From an uncultured Erysipelotrichaceae bacterium (lineage in GTDB: Bacteria; Bacillota_I; Bacilli_A; RF39; UBA660): a stretch of DNA of 59,474 nucleotides. Below are positions 8,236-18,565 of the stretch, piece after piece. A model generated the notes under the pieces. It had not been told where the DNA came from and did not search any database. It was given only the letters and a program-made list of their open reading frames with translations. The stretch spans positions 1 through 59,474 of the forward strand of contig CAOJNP010000004.1 in NCBI GenBank assembly GCA_948439995.1, given 5' to 3'. How positions within the stretch are numbered: the first letter of the stretch is position 1; each line of letters starts with the position of its first letter. The translations under genes were made by a program, and so were the position numbers.

Positions 8236-8307
8236 TTTTAGTTGCGAAAGTTTTATTTCTTCGATATAATATAATGAAGAAATAGATAATAGAAAGAGAG
8301 CTTTTTT

Positions 8308-8841
8308 ATGAAAAATGATGCTGAACAAAAATTTAAAAAAACGTTGGAAGCTTTGGATATTAAATTAATAAATATACGCGCTGGACGTGCAAACCCTGCT
8401 ATGTTAAATGGAATTCAAGTGGAGTATTATGGAACGCTAAGTCCCATTAGTTCTTTAGCGAATATTACGGTTCCAGAAGCAAGACAGCTTTTCATTAAGC
8501 CTTTTGATAAAAGTGTGTTAAAAGAAATTGAACGAAGTATTAATGAAGCAAATATAGGGATTACCCCTATTAATAATGGAGAAGTAATTATTCTTACGGT
8601 TCCAGAATTGACAGAGGAAAGAAGAAAAGATTATGTAAAACAAGCCAAAAGTATTTGTGAAGAAGCAAAGGTTGCAATACGTAATATTAGACAAGAAGTA
8701 AATAATGATATTAAGCATGCGGAGTTACCAGAAGATCAAGAAAAACAAGAATTACTAATGATTCAAGATCTGGTTAATGAATATAATAAATTAATTGAGG
8801 ATAAACTAAAAGAAAAAGAAAAAGAATTGATGAGTTTTTAA
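8308..8841 (+). CDS. frr: Ribosome recycling factor
   Basis: IRAGRANP, PELTEERRK, KVAIRNIR. Confidence 0.97.
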   Translation: MKNDAEQKFKKTLEALDIKLINIRAGRANPAMLNGIQVEYYGTLSPISSLANITVPEARQLFIKPFDKSVLKEIERSINEANIGITPINNGEVIILTVPELTEERRKDYVKQAKSICEEAKVAIRNIRQEVNNDIKHAELPEDQEKQELLMIQDLVNEYNKLIEDKLKEKEKELMSF

Positions 8842-8915
8842 AGATTTATTTTAGAATTCACAAAAAATAAATTTTGTGGTAGACTATTAGGTAGTATAGA
8901 TGATTTGGTGATATT

Positions 8916-9605
8916 ATGAATTATAAAAATATAATGAAGAAAGAAACAAAAGTAATTGCTTATGTTGTCATTTGCTTAACACTTGTTGTAGTAGGTGTTA
9001 GTTATGCAATGTTTTTACAAGTTGATAAAAATACCGAAAATCAAGTAGTTGAAACAGGTTCTTTGGTGATTACATATCAAAATGGAAATGGTGAAAACAT
9101 TGGTGAAGGAGATGTTATTACTAGTAGCTCTTGTTTAGAACCAATGAGTGATAGTGATGCATCTATTATGACAGATTGTTCTTATAAATTAAATATTTTA
9201 AATAAAGGTAGTCTACCAGCAAGTTATAAAATTGTTATGTATAATAATGTTTCTGAACTTCCAAGTGGGAAAACATTTGTTGATCATAGTTTAATTCGAG
9301 TAGGATTAAAAAAAGGAAATCAAACATTGGAGTCTATAGGTACTTATACATTAGGAGACATTAATAAAACGCCAGAAACAGCTTCTTTAAGTGGTCAAAA
9401 TAATTATAAATATATTTTGGATGAAGGAACCTTAGAAGCAGGAAGTGATATTTCTTATAGTGTCCAAACATGGATTAATGATGCACTTGCCACAGCAGCA
9501 GTAAGTGGTCAATATGTTTATTTAAAAATTGATGTAAAAAGCGTAGTTACAGAAAATGCTCCCATTACAGAAGACAATGACTCTGGTTTAGAAAATCCAG
9601 CATAA
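8916..9605 (+). CDS. Secreted protein with a SipW-type signal peptide (TasA/camelysin-like)
   Basis: Hydrophobic stretch ending GVSYAMF, followed by NQVVETGSL and NKGSLPASY. Confidence 0.55.
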   Translation: MNYKNIMKKETKVIAYVVICLTLVVVGVSYAMFLQVDKNTENQVVETGSLVITYQNGNGENIGEGDVITSSSCLEPMSDSDASIMTDCSYKLNILNKGSLPASYKIVMYNNVSELPSGKTFVDHSLIRVGLKKGNQTLESIGTYTLGDINKTPETASLSGQNNYKYILDEGTLEAGSDISYSVQTWINDALATAAVSGQYVYLKIDVKSVVTENAPITEDNDSGLENPA

Positions 9606-9694
9606 TAGCACGATAAGTGCTTTTTTTCTGGAAAAATTGTTGCGAAGAGGATTATCTGGTGATATAATTTTGGTAGCAGAAGGGAGGGAAAAAT

Positions 9695-9880
9695 ATGACA
9701 AAAGTTGTAGTAACAAATGGAAATATTGATGGAGCTTTAAAAAAGTTTAAAACCAAAGTTGCTCGAAGTGGTGTCCCTTCTGAATTGAAAAAGAGAAAAC
9801 ACTATGAAAAACCTGGAGTAAAAAGAAGAGAAGCAAAAAAAGAAATGATTCGTAATGCGAAGAAACATAAAAATTATTAG
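9695..9880 (+). CDS. rpsU: 30S ribosomal protein S21
   Basis: ALKKFK...ELKKRKHYEKPGVKRR. Confidence 0.95.
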   Translation: MTKVVVTNGNIDGALKKFKTKVARSGVPSELKKRKHYEKPGVKRREAKKEMIRNAKKHKNY

Positions 9881-9914
9881 AAATGGGCATCCATTTCTTT
9901 TTTTTTCATATAAT
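9879..9914 (+). terminator. rpsU terminator overlapping a possible sigma-E-type -10 element for yqfC
   Basis: AGAAATGG-GCAT-CCATTTCT plus T-run, then CATATAAT at 9907-9914. Confidence 0.55.
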
Positions 9915-9929
9915 TTATTGGTGAAGAAG

Positions 9930-10172
9930 ATGCAATTAGTGAATAAAGTACGCAGTTTTTTAGTTGATCAAAATTACTATATTGATATTTATGAAAATAA
10001 TATTCACATTTTTCATTACATTGATATTATGAAATTACAAAACGAAGAAATCATTTTACAAATGGATGGATTTCGTCTTATTTTAACAGGAGAAAATTTT
10101 CGAGTAAAACGATTAGAAAATCGGGAAATATTAGTTTCTGGTTTACTTAAAAATATAGTTTTTGAGCGATGA
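9930..10172 (+). CDS. yqfC: YabP/YqfC family sporulation protein
   Basis: Size, sequence (L.ITGENF.VKRL...EILVSG) and position before yqfD. Confidence 0.75.
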   Translation: MQLVNKVRSFLVDQNYYIDIYENNIHIFHYIDIMKLQNEEIILQMDGFRLILTGENFRVKRLENREILVSGLLKNIVFER

Positions 10173-11311
10173 AGAGATTTATTTGGATTGAAGTAGAAGC
10201 TTACGAACCTAGTAAAGTTCTACTAAAGTTATTTAAGCAAAATATCAATGTATTAGATGTACAATATTTAAAACATGGTCTTCGCTTTCAAATGGATGCA
10301 TCACAAGTAAAAAAATTAAAAAAAATAGTTGGGTATCGATTTCGCAAAATTCATGAAAGTGGAATTTATGCTTTTTTCGATTATTTTAAGCAAAAATGGC
10401 TTATTTTTGCAGGTCTCATTTTATTTTGTTTTTTTCTATTTCTTTTGTCTCATATTATGGTATCGGTTCAAGTGATTCATTCTAATAAAGAAATTCGTGA
10501 ATTGGTAACAAAAGCTTTGGATCAATATGGAATTCGAAAATTAACATTGAAAAAAGATTTTGGTGAGATATCTCAAATTAAAGAGCAAATATTAAAAGAT
10601 TTTCCGGATCAATTAGAATGGCTAGAAATTGAAGTGAGTGGTATGAAATATGTCGTTCGAATTGAAGAAAGAATAATTACAAAGCAAGAACCGAAAAAGG
10701 AAAGATGTCATTTAATTGCAACAAAGTCTGGAATTGTAAAAAAAATGATTTTTTCTGTTGGGGATGCCAAAGTTGCAGTAAATGATTTTGTAAAAGAAGG
10801 GGATATTTTAGTAAGTGGAGAATTGATTGCCAATGAAGTGGTAACTGGTAATGTTTGTGCTACTGGGGAAGTTTTTGGAGAAGTTTGGTATACAACCAAT
10901 GTTAGTATTCCTTTGAATTATGAAGAAAAAGAAGAAACGGGAAAAGTTCGTTATAATTTGGAATGGTCAAAAGGTTCGTTAAATCATTTGATCTTTCGTC
11001 CTCGTTTAAAAAATTATGTAGATGAAAAAAAAGAATTGTTTTCTTTGTTTGGAATTCCGATCTCGTTTGTCAAACAAAAAGAAGTAAATGTAACTCCAAA
11101 AGTTTATACAGAAGAAGAAGCTTTAGAAAAAGCATTACAATTAGTGGATGAAAAATTTAATATGAAATTGAGTGAAAAAGAAGAAATATTGTCAAAAAAT
11201 GTTTTGAAAAAACAGGTGAATAATAGTACAATGGAAGTAGAGGTTTTTGTGTCTATAATCGAACAGATTAGTGGACAAGTCGAATTCCAGGAGAACAAAG
11301 AAGAAGGTTAG
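10169..11311 (+). CDS. yqfD: Sporulation protein YqfD (SpoIV)
   Basis: HLIATKSGIV, VKEGDILVSG, ATGEVFGEVWY. Confidence 0.9.
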   Translation: MKRFIWIEVEAYEPSKVLLKLFKQNINVLDVQYLKHGLRFQMDASQVKKLKKIVGYRFRKIHESGIYAFFDYFKQKWLIFAGLILFCFFLFLLSHIMVSVQVIHSNKEIRELVTKALDQYGIRKLTLKKDFGEISQIKEQILKDFPDQLEWLEIEVSGMKYVVRIEERIITKQEPKKERCHLIATKSGIVKKMIFSVGDAKVAVNDFVKEGDILVSGELIANEVVTGNVCATGEVFGEVWYTTNVSIPLNYEEKEETGKVRYNLEWSKGSLNHLIFRPRLKNYVDEKKELFSLFGIPISFVKQKEVNVTPKVYTEEEALEKALQLVDEKFNMKLSEKEEILSKNVLKKQVNNSTMEVEVFVSIIEQISGQVEFQENKEEG

Positions 11312-11315
11312 AGTT

Positions 11316-11933
11316 ATGATACTAAATTTATTCACCAATGCAATTGCAAAAATTTGGCCAATGTTAACAATTTTTTTGGTTGTTATTATTGCCATTCGTG
11401 TTTCTTATTTACGGATCAATCATGAAAAGTTTGTGTTTTATCGTGAATTTTGGAATCTTATTTTTGTAATATATGTTTTAATTTTATTTCAATTATTAAC
11501 AGATTCTGAAGTAAATACAACAGGTGGGTTAAATTTAGTTCCTTTTACAGAAATGTTTCGCTATAAATTAGGAAGTCCTTTATTTTATTCTAATGTCATT
11601 GGCAATATTGCTATTTTTGTACCATTTGGATATTTTGTCTCTAGCTATATTCATGCTAGTAAAATCAGCCATATTTTATTTATTAGTATTATAAGTAGTT
11701 TTACAGTCGAGTTAGTTCAGCTTCAAATCGGACGTAGTTTTGATGTTGATGATATTATTTTAAATGTAGTTGGAGCAGTTATTGGTTTTCTTCTTTTTAT
11801 TGCATTAAATGCAATTAAAAAACATTTACCACGTTTTTTTCAAAGTGATGTTTTTTATAATTTGATTTGCATTTTGTTTTGTCTGATCTTTTTAATTTAT
11901 TTTACAAAAATTATGGGATTAGGGTGGTTTTAA
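11316..11933 (+). CDS. VanZ family membrane protein
   Basis: NLVPF, GNIAIFVPFG, ELVQ, RSFDVDDIILN. Confidence 0.88.
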   Translation: MILNLFTNAIAKIWPMLTIFLVVIIAIRVSYLRINHEKFVFYREFWNLIFVIYVLILFQLLTDSEVNTTGGLNLVPFTEMFRYKLGSPLFYSNVIGNIAIFVPFGYFVSSYIHASKISHILFISIISSFTVELVQLQIGRSFDVDDIILNVVGAVIGFLLFIALNAIKKHLPRFFQSDVFYNLICILFCLIFLIYFTKIMGLGWF

Positions 11934-12373
11934 TGGATTCCGTTTTGATTAATGATGAATATGGTTATCAAAATTATGATTATTTACATGATGTCATTAA
12001 AGCAACGTTAAAGCATGAAAAAGCAGAAAATAGTATTTTGTCGATTATTTTTGTTGATGAAGAAAAAATTCAGGATTTGAACCGAGAATATCGAAATATT
12101 GATCGTATTACGGATGTTATTAGTTTTGCTTTTGAAGATACGAAAAATACTCTGCCAAAAGAAATACGTGTTTTAGGAGACATTTATATATGTATTCCGA
12201 AAATGATATTACAAGCTCGTGATTATGGTCATAGTGAGAAAAGAGAACTTTCTTTTTTAACAGTTCATGGTTTACTACATTTGCTTGGTTATGATCATAT
12301 GAAAAAAGAAGAAGAAGAAATTATGTTTCCCTTGCAAGAAGAAATTCTTTCTAGTATGGGTATTATAAAATAG
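11933..12373 (+). CDS. ybeY: rRNA maturation endoribonuclease YbeY
   Basis: TDVISF, LGDIYI, HGLLHLLGYDH. Confidence 0.96.
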   Translation: MDSVLINDEYGYQNYDYLHDVIKATLKHEKAENSILSIIFVDEEKIQDLNREYRNIDRITDVISFAFEDTKNTLPKEIRVLGDIYICIPKMILQARDYGHSEKRELSFLTVHGLLHLLGYDHMKKEEEEIMFPLQEEILSSMGIIK

Positions 12374-12389
12374 ATTTGGAAGTGGTAAT

Positions 12390-13277
12390 TTGAAAAGTGG
12401 TTTTGTTAGTATTATTGGACGCCCTAATGTTGGAAAAAGTACTTTGATTAATACAATTATTCAAGAAAAAATAGCAATAACTTCAAAAACTGTACAAACA
12501 ACAAGAAATATTATTCAAGGAATTTATAATGAACCAGGTTATCAAATTGTTTTTATGGATACACCAGGAATTCATAAACCAAAAAGTAAGTTAGGAAAAA
12601 TTTTAAATAAAGAATCTTATTCTTTAATGAAAGATGTCGATGCAGTATTATTTGTAATTGATGCTTCTACTGGATTTGGAAGCGGTGATAAATTTATCAT
12701 GGAAAGTTTGAAAACCAGTAAAGTTCCTGTTATTTTAGTTTTAAATAAGATTGATTTGATCACCAATGAAAAACTTCTTTTGATGATTGGAGAATACAAA
12801 AATTATTTTAATTTTTCGGATATTGTTCCAGTCAGTGCTTTTAAAAATGATAATGTAAATCGTCTTTTGGATGTTATTAAGACTTATTTAAAAGATGATG
12901 TGATGTATTTTAATACAGACATGAAAACGAGTAGTAGTAAATACTTTATGATAAGCGAATTGGTAAGAGAAAAGTTATTTGAAGTAACAATTGAAGAAGT
13001 CCCACATAGTCTTACTTGTTTGACTTCCAATTATGAAGAAGAAGAAAATTTAATTCGAATTGGTGTTGATATTATTGTCGATCGTGATTCTATTAAAAAA
13101 ATAATTATTGGACGTCATGGTGAGCGATTAAAAATTGTTGGTACATTAGCTCGTAAAGAAATGGAAAGTATGCTTCATAAAAAAGTTTATTTGGAATTGT
13201 TTGTAAAAACAGTTAAAAACTGGAGAGAAAAGGAAAAATATTTAAAAGAATTAGGTTTTTATGAATTTGAGTCATAA
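12390..13277 (+). CDS. era: GTPase Era
   Basis: GRPNVGKST, QTTR, DTPG, NKID and a KH domain. Confidence 0.97.
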   Translation: MKSGFVSIIGRPNVGKSTLINTIIQEKIAITSKTVQTTRNIIQGIYNEPGYQIVFMDTPGIHKPKSKLGKILNKESYSLMKDVDAVLFVIDASTGFGSGDKFIMESLKTSKVPVILVLNKIDLITNEKLLLMIGEYKNYFNFSDIVPVSAFKNDNVNRLLDVIKTYLKDDVMYFNTDMKTSSSKYFMISELVREKLFEVTIEEVPHSLTCLTSNYEEEENLIRIGVDIIVDRDSIKKIIIGRHGERLKIVGTLARKEMESMLHKKVYLELFVKTVKNWREKEKYLKELGFYEFES

Positions 13278-13342
13278 AATGAATCAGAATTGAATAAAAT
13301 TCTATCACAAGAAACATAATAGAAATAGAAAAGGTGATAGAA

Positions 13343-13429
13343 ATGAATAAAAAGGAATTGTGGCAAATGTTTCGAAAAACAGGGAAAATAGAATATTATT
13401 TGGCATACAAAAAAGCAGAAGAGAAGTGA
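13343..13429 (+). CDS. yqzL: YqzL-like small protein (28 aa, below the ORF track cutoff)
   Basis: MNKKELWQMFRKTGKIEYYLAYKKAEEK* with AAGGTGA RBS, located between era and recO as in other Bacillota. Confidence 0.75.
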   Translation: MNKKELWQMFRKTGKIEYYLAYKKAEEK

Positions 13430-13433
13430 TAAA

Positions 13434-14165
13434 ATGATTACCAAAGTAGAAGGATTTATCTTAAGTGAAGTGAGTTATGGTGAAACTTCGAAAGTAATCA
13501 ATGTTTTTACAAAAGAATTTGGAATCATAGGGATCATGTGTAAAGGTGTAAAAAGCTTAAAAAGTCGTTTGAGAGCTTTAACTTTACCATTTACTTATGG
13601 TTTTTTTTATATTTATAAAAAAGAAGATAAACTTTCTCTTTTAAAAGATGTCGATATTATCGATTCTTTTTGCTATATTCATTCGGATATTGAATTATTA
13701 GGTTATTTGAATTATATTTCTGAACTCACTAGTCAAGTTTTTAAAGAAAGTAATGATCCAGAAATTTATGCTTACTTTATTACTACCTTAAAAAAGCTCG
13801 ATCAGAAATTGGATCCATTGGTTCTTACTAATATTTTAGAAATTAAATATTTGGATTTTTTAGGAGTAGGACTGAATTTAAATGCTTGTAGTAGATGTGG
13901 TGATACCAAAAATATTATTACGATTGATGCTGATGCGGGAGGTTATCTTTGTAAAAATTGCATTAGAAATGAATTTATCGTGTCATTAAAAACAGTTAAA
14001 ATGCTTCGTATGTATTATTATGTTGAAATAAAAAGCATTACAAAGTTGAATATTAGTGAAGAAACCAAATCAGATATTAATCAATTTTTGACAAAATATT
14101 ACGATCGCTATACTGGAATGTATTTAAAAAGTAAGGATTTTTTAAAAAAATTAGAAAATTTATAA
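13434..14165 (+). CDS. recO: DNA repair protein RecO
   Basis: YGETSKVINVFTKEFG; CxxC...CxxC zinc finger; follows era. Confidence 0.93.
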   Translation: MITKVEGFILSEVSYGETSKVINVFTKEFGIIGIMCKGVKSLKSRLRALTLPFTYGFFYIYKKEDKLSLLKDVDIIDSFCYIHSDIELLGYLNYISELTSQVFKESNDPEIYAYFITTLKKLDQKLDPLVLTNILEIKYLDFLGVGLNLNACSRCGDTKNIITIDADAGGYLCKNCIRNEFIVSLKTVKMLRMYYYVEIKSITKLNISEETKSDINQFLTKYYDRYTGMYLKSKDFLKKLENL

Positions 14166-14221
14166 CAATCGAAATGATTCCATTCTTTTCTGATTGCTTT
14201 TCTTTCTATTTATGTTAGAAT

Positions 14222-14962
14222 ATGCAAAAAAAGGATGATTATTTTATGAAGTTAATGTTACATGAACAAGATAAATTTTCTAATTATGCACGAAAAAAAA
14301 TTTTTGATTTTTTATTTTATGGGGTCTCAGAGCAAGATTTTATTAATATGATTGGAGATATTAAGATCTCTAATTATTTATCACATGATTCTTTTTTTCA
14401 TTCACTTCATGCTTATATATTATCTGAACCGATTACTTTATCCGCTAGAAAACGAATTTATGTTTTTTTACAATATTTTCGAAATTGTTCTCAAGAAATT
14501 TCTTTTCCAGAACATAGTGAAAGTCATTTGAAAATCAATCAACTTTTTTCTCTTTTATCTTCTAAGGAAAATGTTTCAACGGTGTCGTTTTACAAAGAAC
14601 AATTGCTTATGAGATCAATTTTTGGTTCAACGTTATTTGATCATTATAATGATATTATATCCATTGTACGAGATTTGGAACTATTATGTGCTTGTTCGGA
14701 AAATACGAAGGAAGAAGCATTTCAAAAATATTTAAGACATTTTTTATTATCTCAATTTACATTAGATTCGATTTGTGTTATGGAGTGTGAATGTCCTCCT
14801 TGTTTTCATGATTCTATTTTTATAAAACGTATTCTTTTTATTTTAACTCAAAATGTTTATCAGCTTCAAAAAAAGGAATCCTTGAGTTATTTTGGGGGAA
14901 ATCAAGATCAACTTTCTAGTTTTTCTAAACAAAATCAGGAAATACAGCGAATTTTATCTTAA
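14222..14962 (+). CDS. Hypothetical protein
   Basis: 246-aa ORF with no recognised motif. Confidence 0.55.
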   Translation: MQKKDDYFMKLMLHEQDKFSNYARKKIFDFLFYGVSEQDFINMIGDIKISNYLSHDSFFHSLHAYILSEPITLSARKRIYVFLQYFRNCSQEISFPEHSESHLKINQLFSLLSSKENVSTVSFYKEQLLMRSIFGSTLFDHYNDIISIVRDLELLCACSENTKEEAFQKYLRHFLLSQFTLDSICVMECECPPCFHDSIFIKRILFILTQNVYQLQKKESLSYFGGNQDQLSSFSKQNQEIQRILS

Positions 14963-15035
14963 TCTATGAAAAAACTTTAGAAAAGAAATAAAGATTTGCC
15001 AACTAGTTTAAAAACTCAAAAAGGTTTAATTATTC

Positions 15036-15198
15036 TTGCATTTTATCTTTATCTTTTTTATAATTTAACTATACAAGCGATGATGGTGTGGAATACCGAA
15101 GCTATATATTTTAAAGTGATTCTTCCAAATAGAATAAATAGGGTGGAACCGCGGAATTCATCCGTCCCTAATGTTTTAGGAAGTTTTTTCTTTTTTAG
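15036..15198 (+). promoter_or_regulatory. Sigma-A promoter plus T-box riboswitch (probably Gly), very short leader
   Basis: TTGCAT-17-TATAAT (15036-15064); AGGGTGGAACCGCG (15140-15153); antiterminator partner CCGTCCCT; terminator stem with T-run. Lies upstream of the operon ending in glyQS. Confidence 0.85.
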
Positions 15199-15208
15199 GA
15201 GTTGATTT

Positions 15209-15742
15209 ATGAAAGTTTTTGTCGGATGTTCTTCCAGGAATGAAATACCAAAAGAGTTTTTAAATTTAGCTTTGCAAGTGGGAGAGTTGTTAAAAGAAGA
15301 AGAAGTCATTATTGGGGGAACCAAATTTGGAATGATGGGAAATGTTGTTAACAATATTCCATTGAAACAAGTGAAACAAATTATTTTGAAAGATTATGTT
15401 AAAGAGGGAATGACTTTTCAAAATTCTTATCAGATTTGCAATTCTTCTTTTGAACGGTTAAATGAAATATGGAAACAAGCAGATGTCTTATTAATATTAC
15501 CAGGAGGAACAGGAACATTAGGAGAAATTTTCTTTTTTCTAGAAGAAAATCGTATGAATTTAGAAAAGAAAAAGTTGATTCTTTTTAATGATCAAGATTA
15601 TTATGATGAAATCATAACATTTATAGAGAAATTAAAACAATTAAATTTTGTGAATGAAGCAATTTTAGATGGTCTTAATCTAGTTTTCAGTTTAGAAGAG
15701 TTAATGAATTGTTTGGAAAGGATAAAACATGAAATATTTTAA
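15209..15742 (+). CDS. LOG family protein
   Basis: VFVGCSS, GMMG, LPGGTGTLGEI. Confidence 0.85.
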   Translation: MKVFVGCSSRNEIPKEFLNLALQVGELLKEEEVIIGGTKFGMMGNVVNNIPLKQVKQIILKDYVKEGMTFQNSYQICNSSFERLNEIWKQADVLLILPGGTGTLGEIFFFLEENRMNLEKKKLILFNDQDYYDEIITFIEKLKQLNFVNEAILDGLNLVFSLEELMNCLERIKHEIF

Positions 15743-16271
15743 AAAATTAGAAGGAGAGCGAATCTATTTTTCTCCTGTATCAATCGAAGATGCGGAAATT
15801 TATACGAAATGGATGAATGATGAAGTGATTTGTAAAAATACAAATAATATGAGTCGTGTTACTTCCTTATTCAGTGAGAAAAATTGGTTAACTCAAGATC
15901 ATCCTTATACTTTTGCTATTCTTAAAAAAGAGAATGATGAATTAATCGGAAATATTGGCTTGGAATCGGTTGATTTTTTACATCAAAATGCGGAACTTGG
16001 AATTATGATTGGCGAAGAAAAAAATCGTCATTCTGGATATGGATCGGAAGCAATTCGTTTGATGTTAAAATATTGTTTTCAATTTTTAAATTTTCATTCG
16101 ATTCAACTCACTGTATTATCTTTTCATAACCAGGCAATTTCTTGTTATAAAAAGATAGGATTTCAAGAAGTAGGAAGAATTCAAGAAGTTATTTATATGG
16201 ATGGTAAGTATTATGATCGTATTATCATGCAATTATTAAAAAAAGATTGGAGAGAAAATGATGAAGAATAA
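15729..16271 (+). CDS. RimL/RimJ-type GNAT acetyltransferase
   Basis: AELGIMIG, GYGSEA, AISCYKKIGF. Confidence 0.88.
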   Translation: MKYFKKLEGERIYFSPVSIEDAEIYTKWMNDEVICKNTNNMSRVTSLFSEKNWLTQDHPYTFAILKKENDELIGNIGLESVDFLHQNAELGIMIGEEKNRHSGYGSEAIRLMLKYCFQFLNFHSIQLTVLSFHNQAISCYKKIGFQEVGRIQEVIYMDGKYYDRIIMQLLKKDWRENDEE

Positions 16272-17646
16272 AACAATGGAAGAATTGGTAAATTTTTGTA
16301 AGCAATATGGATTTATTTTTCAAGGAAGTGAAATTTATGGAGGATTATCAAATACTTGGGATTATGGTCCTTTGGGAATTCTTTTAAAAGAGAATGTACG
16401 TCGTGCTTGGTGGAAAAAGTTTATTCAAGAAAACCCTTATAATTATGGAATTCAAAGTTCGATTTTAATGAATCCTAAAGTGTGGGAAGCAACTGGACAT
16501 GTTACGAATTTTAACGATCCACTAATGGATTGTAAACGATGCAAAAATCGTTATCGTGCTGATAAAATTGTCGATGCTTATTTGCATGAGCATGATATTG
16601 ATCAAAATAGCGATGGATGGAGTAAAGAAAAATTAGAAACTTTTATTCGGGAAAGTAATAGTCCTTGCCCTAATTGCGGAGCTTGTGATTTTACTGAAAT
16701 TCGCCAGTTTAATACCATGTTTAAAACATTTCAAGGAGTAACAGAAGATGCCAAAGCAACGGTTTATTTACGTCCTGAAACGGCACAAGGAATGTTTGTA
16801 AATTTTTTAAATGTTCAAAGAAGTATGCGACTTAAACTTCCTTTTGGAATTGGACAAACAGGGAAAAGTTTTCGTAATGAAATTACACCAGGAAATTTTA
16901 CTTTTCGAACTCGAGAATTTGAGCAAATGGAATTAGAATTTTTTTGTAAACCTGGAGAAGATTTAGAATGGTTTGGTTATTATAAAAGTTATTGTATGGA
17001 TTTTTTAACTAGTTTAGGTCTTTCCAAAGAACATTTAAGATATCGAGATCACGAAAAAGAAGAATTAGCATTTTATTCTGTAGCTACTACTGATATTGAA
17101 TATGAATACATTCATGGTTTTGATGAATTATGGGGAATTGCTGATCGTACGGATTATGATTTATCAGTTCATCAAGAATATTCCAAAGAAGATTTACGTT
17201 ATTTGGATCCTGATACCAATGAAAAATACATCCCTTATGTTATTGAACCAGCAGTAGGTCTGGATCGAATGATTTTAGCTTTTTTAACCGAAGCTTATCA
17301 AAAAGAGATTGTAGAAGGAGAAGAAAGAATAGTTTTAAAAATACATTCTTATCTTGCTCCAATTAAAGTAACCATTTTGCCACTTGTTAAAAAAATTCAT
17401 GGAGATAAAGCCAAAGAAATTTATGGAGATCTTGCAAAATATTTTCAAGTTTCTTATGATGAATCTGGAAGTATTGGGAAACGATATCGTAGAAGCGATG
17501 CAATTGGTACTCCATTTTGTATTACAATCGATGATGAAACATTAAATTTTCATACTGTAACTGTTCGAGATCGAGATACAATGAAACAGATTACAATTGA
17601 TTTAAATGAGTTAAAAGATTATGTTTTAGAAAAGATTCAATTTTAA
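16258..17646 (+). CDS. glyQS: Glycine--tRNA ligase (alpha2 type)
   Basis: LRPETAQG, FRNEITPGNF, REFEQME, GSIGKRYRR. Confidence 0.97.
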   Translation: MMKNKTMEELVNFCKQYGFIFQGSEIYGGLSNTWDYGPLGILLKENVRRAWWKKFIQENPYNYGIQSSILMNPKVWEATGHVTNFNDPLMDCKRCKNRYRADKIVDAYLHEHDIDQNSDGWSKEKLETFIRESNSPCPNCGACDFTEIRQFNTMFKTFQGVTEDAKATVYLRPETAQGMFVNFLNVQRSMRLKLPFGIGQTGKSFRNEITPGNFTFRTREFEQMELEFFCKPGEDLEWFGYYKSYCMDFLTSLGLSKEHLRYRDHEKEELAFYSVATTDIEYEYIHGFDELWGIADRTDYDLSVHQEYSKEDLRYLDPDTNEKYIPYVIEPAVGLDRMILAFLTEAYQKEIVEGEERIVLKIHSYLAPIKVTILPLVKKIHGDKAKEIYGDLAKYFQVSYDESGSIGKRYRRSDAIGTPFCITIDDETLNFHTVTVRDRDTMKQITIDLNELKDYVLEKIQF

Positions 17647-17751
17647 AAGTCCTTTGATTGGACTTTTTTCATTCCTATTTGTTTTTTTAGTTCTTTTTTG
17701 TCAAAACAGAATTCTTATGTTAGAATAGATGTAGAATTTGGAGAATCGTTT

Positions 17752-18426
17752 ATGAAAGAAAGAAAATTTGCAGAAGGAATATGCTTTTGGAAATTGTTTT
17801 GGATCTTTTTAATAGGTTCTATTTTTGGAGCATATTATGAGCAAATTTTAAATCTAATGATTCATTATCATTATCATCATGAATTTGTATGGCAATTAAG
17901 AAGAGGGGTAATTTATGGTCCCATTAGTCCAGTTTATGGAGCTGGAGCTTTGTTATTTGCTCTTTTTTTAATTCGTCATTTTAAAAGTAATTTTCATCTT
18001 TTTTTTAAAGCTGCATTGATTGGTGGTTTTTTTGAGTATGCGATGAGCTTTTTTCAAGAGACATTTTTGGGTACTATTTCATGGGATTATAGTAATGAAT
18101 TTTTAAATCTAAATGGTAGAACAACCATTCCGTTCATGATTGTTTGGGGACTTTTTGGACTTTTATTTGCAAAAGTAATTTATCCTATGATTTCTAATTA
18201 TATTGAATATTTTCCCAAAAAATTTGGTCAAATTTTTAGTATTATTTTGTTGGTTCTTTTAATTCTTGATTTTACAATTTCTTGGGGAGCTTTATTTCGT
18301 CAGAGATTGCGTTTAAAAGGGCATGAACCAATTACTTTTATTGGAGAATTTTTTGATCATCATTTTTCTGATGAATTTTTACGAAAATATTATTCAAATA
18401 TGAAAATTATTCCAGTTTCAAAATAA
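17752..18426 (+). CDS. Putative ABC transporter permease-like membrane protein (CmpB/DUF1113-like)
   Basis: GPISPVYGAG, EY...WDYS...LNLNGR. Confidence 0.75.
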   Translation: MKERKFAEGICFWKLFWIFLIGSIFGAYYEQILNLMIHYHYHHEFVWQLRRGVIYGPISPVYGAGALLFALFLIRHFKSNFHLFFKAALIGGFFEYAMSFFQETFLGTISWDYSNEFLNLNGRTTIPFMIVWGLFGLLFAKVIYPMISNYIEYFPKKFGQIFSIILLVLLILDFTISWGALFRQRLRLKGHEPITFIGEFFDHHFSDEFLRKYYSNMKIIPVSK

Positions 18427-18565
18427 TATATTTAAGGTTGTTTTGAAAAGTCACATTAGTTCTTCTTATAATAATCAATTCTTTTTTTTAGTTTAATAAA
18501 AGTATTGTCCAATAGATGGAGTAAATAGTTTATTTTGGTGTGTGGGGATAAAAGTTTTATAACGA

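Noticed and set aside
14996-15205. Short ORFs over the T-box leaders (also 51712-51906)
   Set aside because: They overlap promoter and riboswitch elements and have no RBS.
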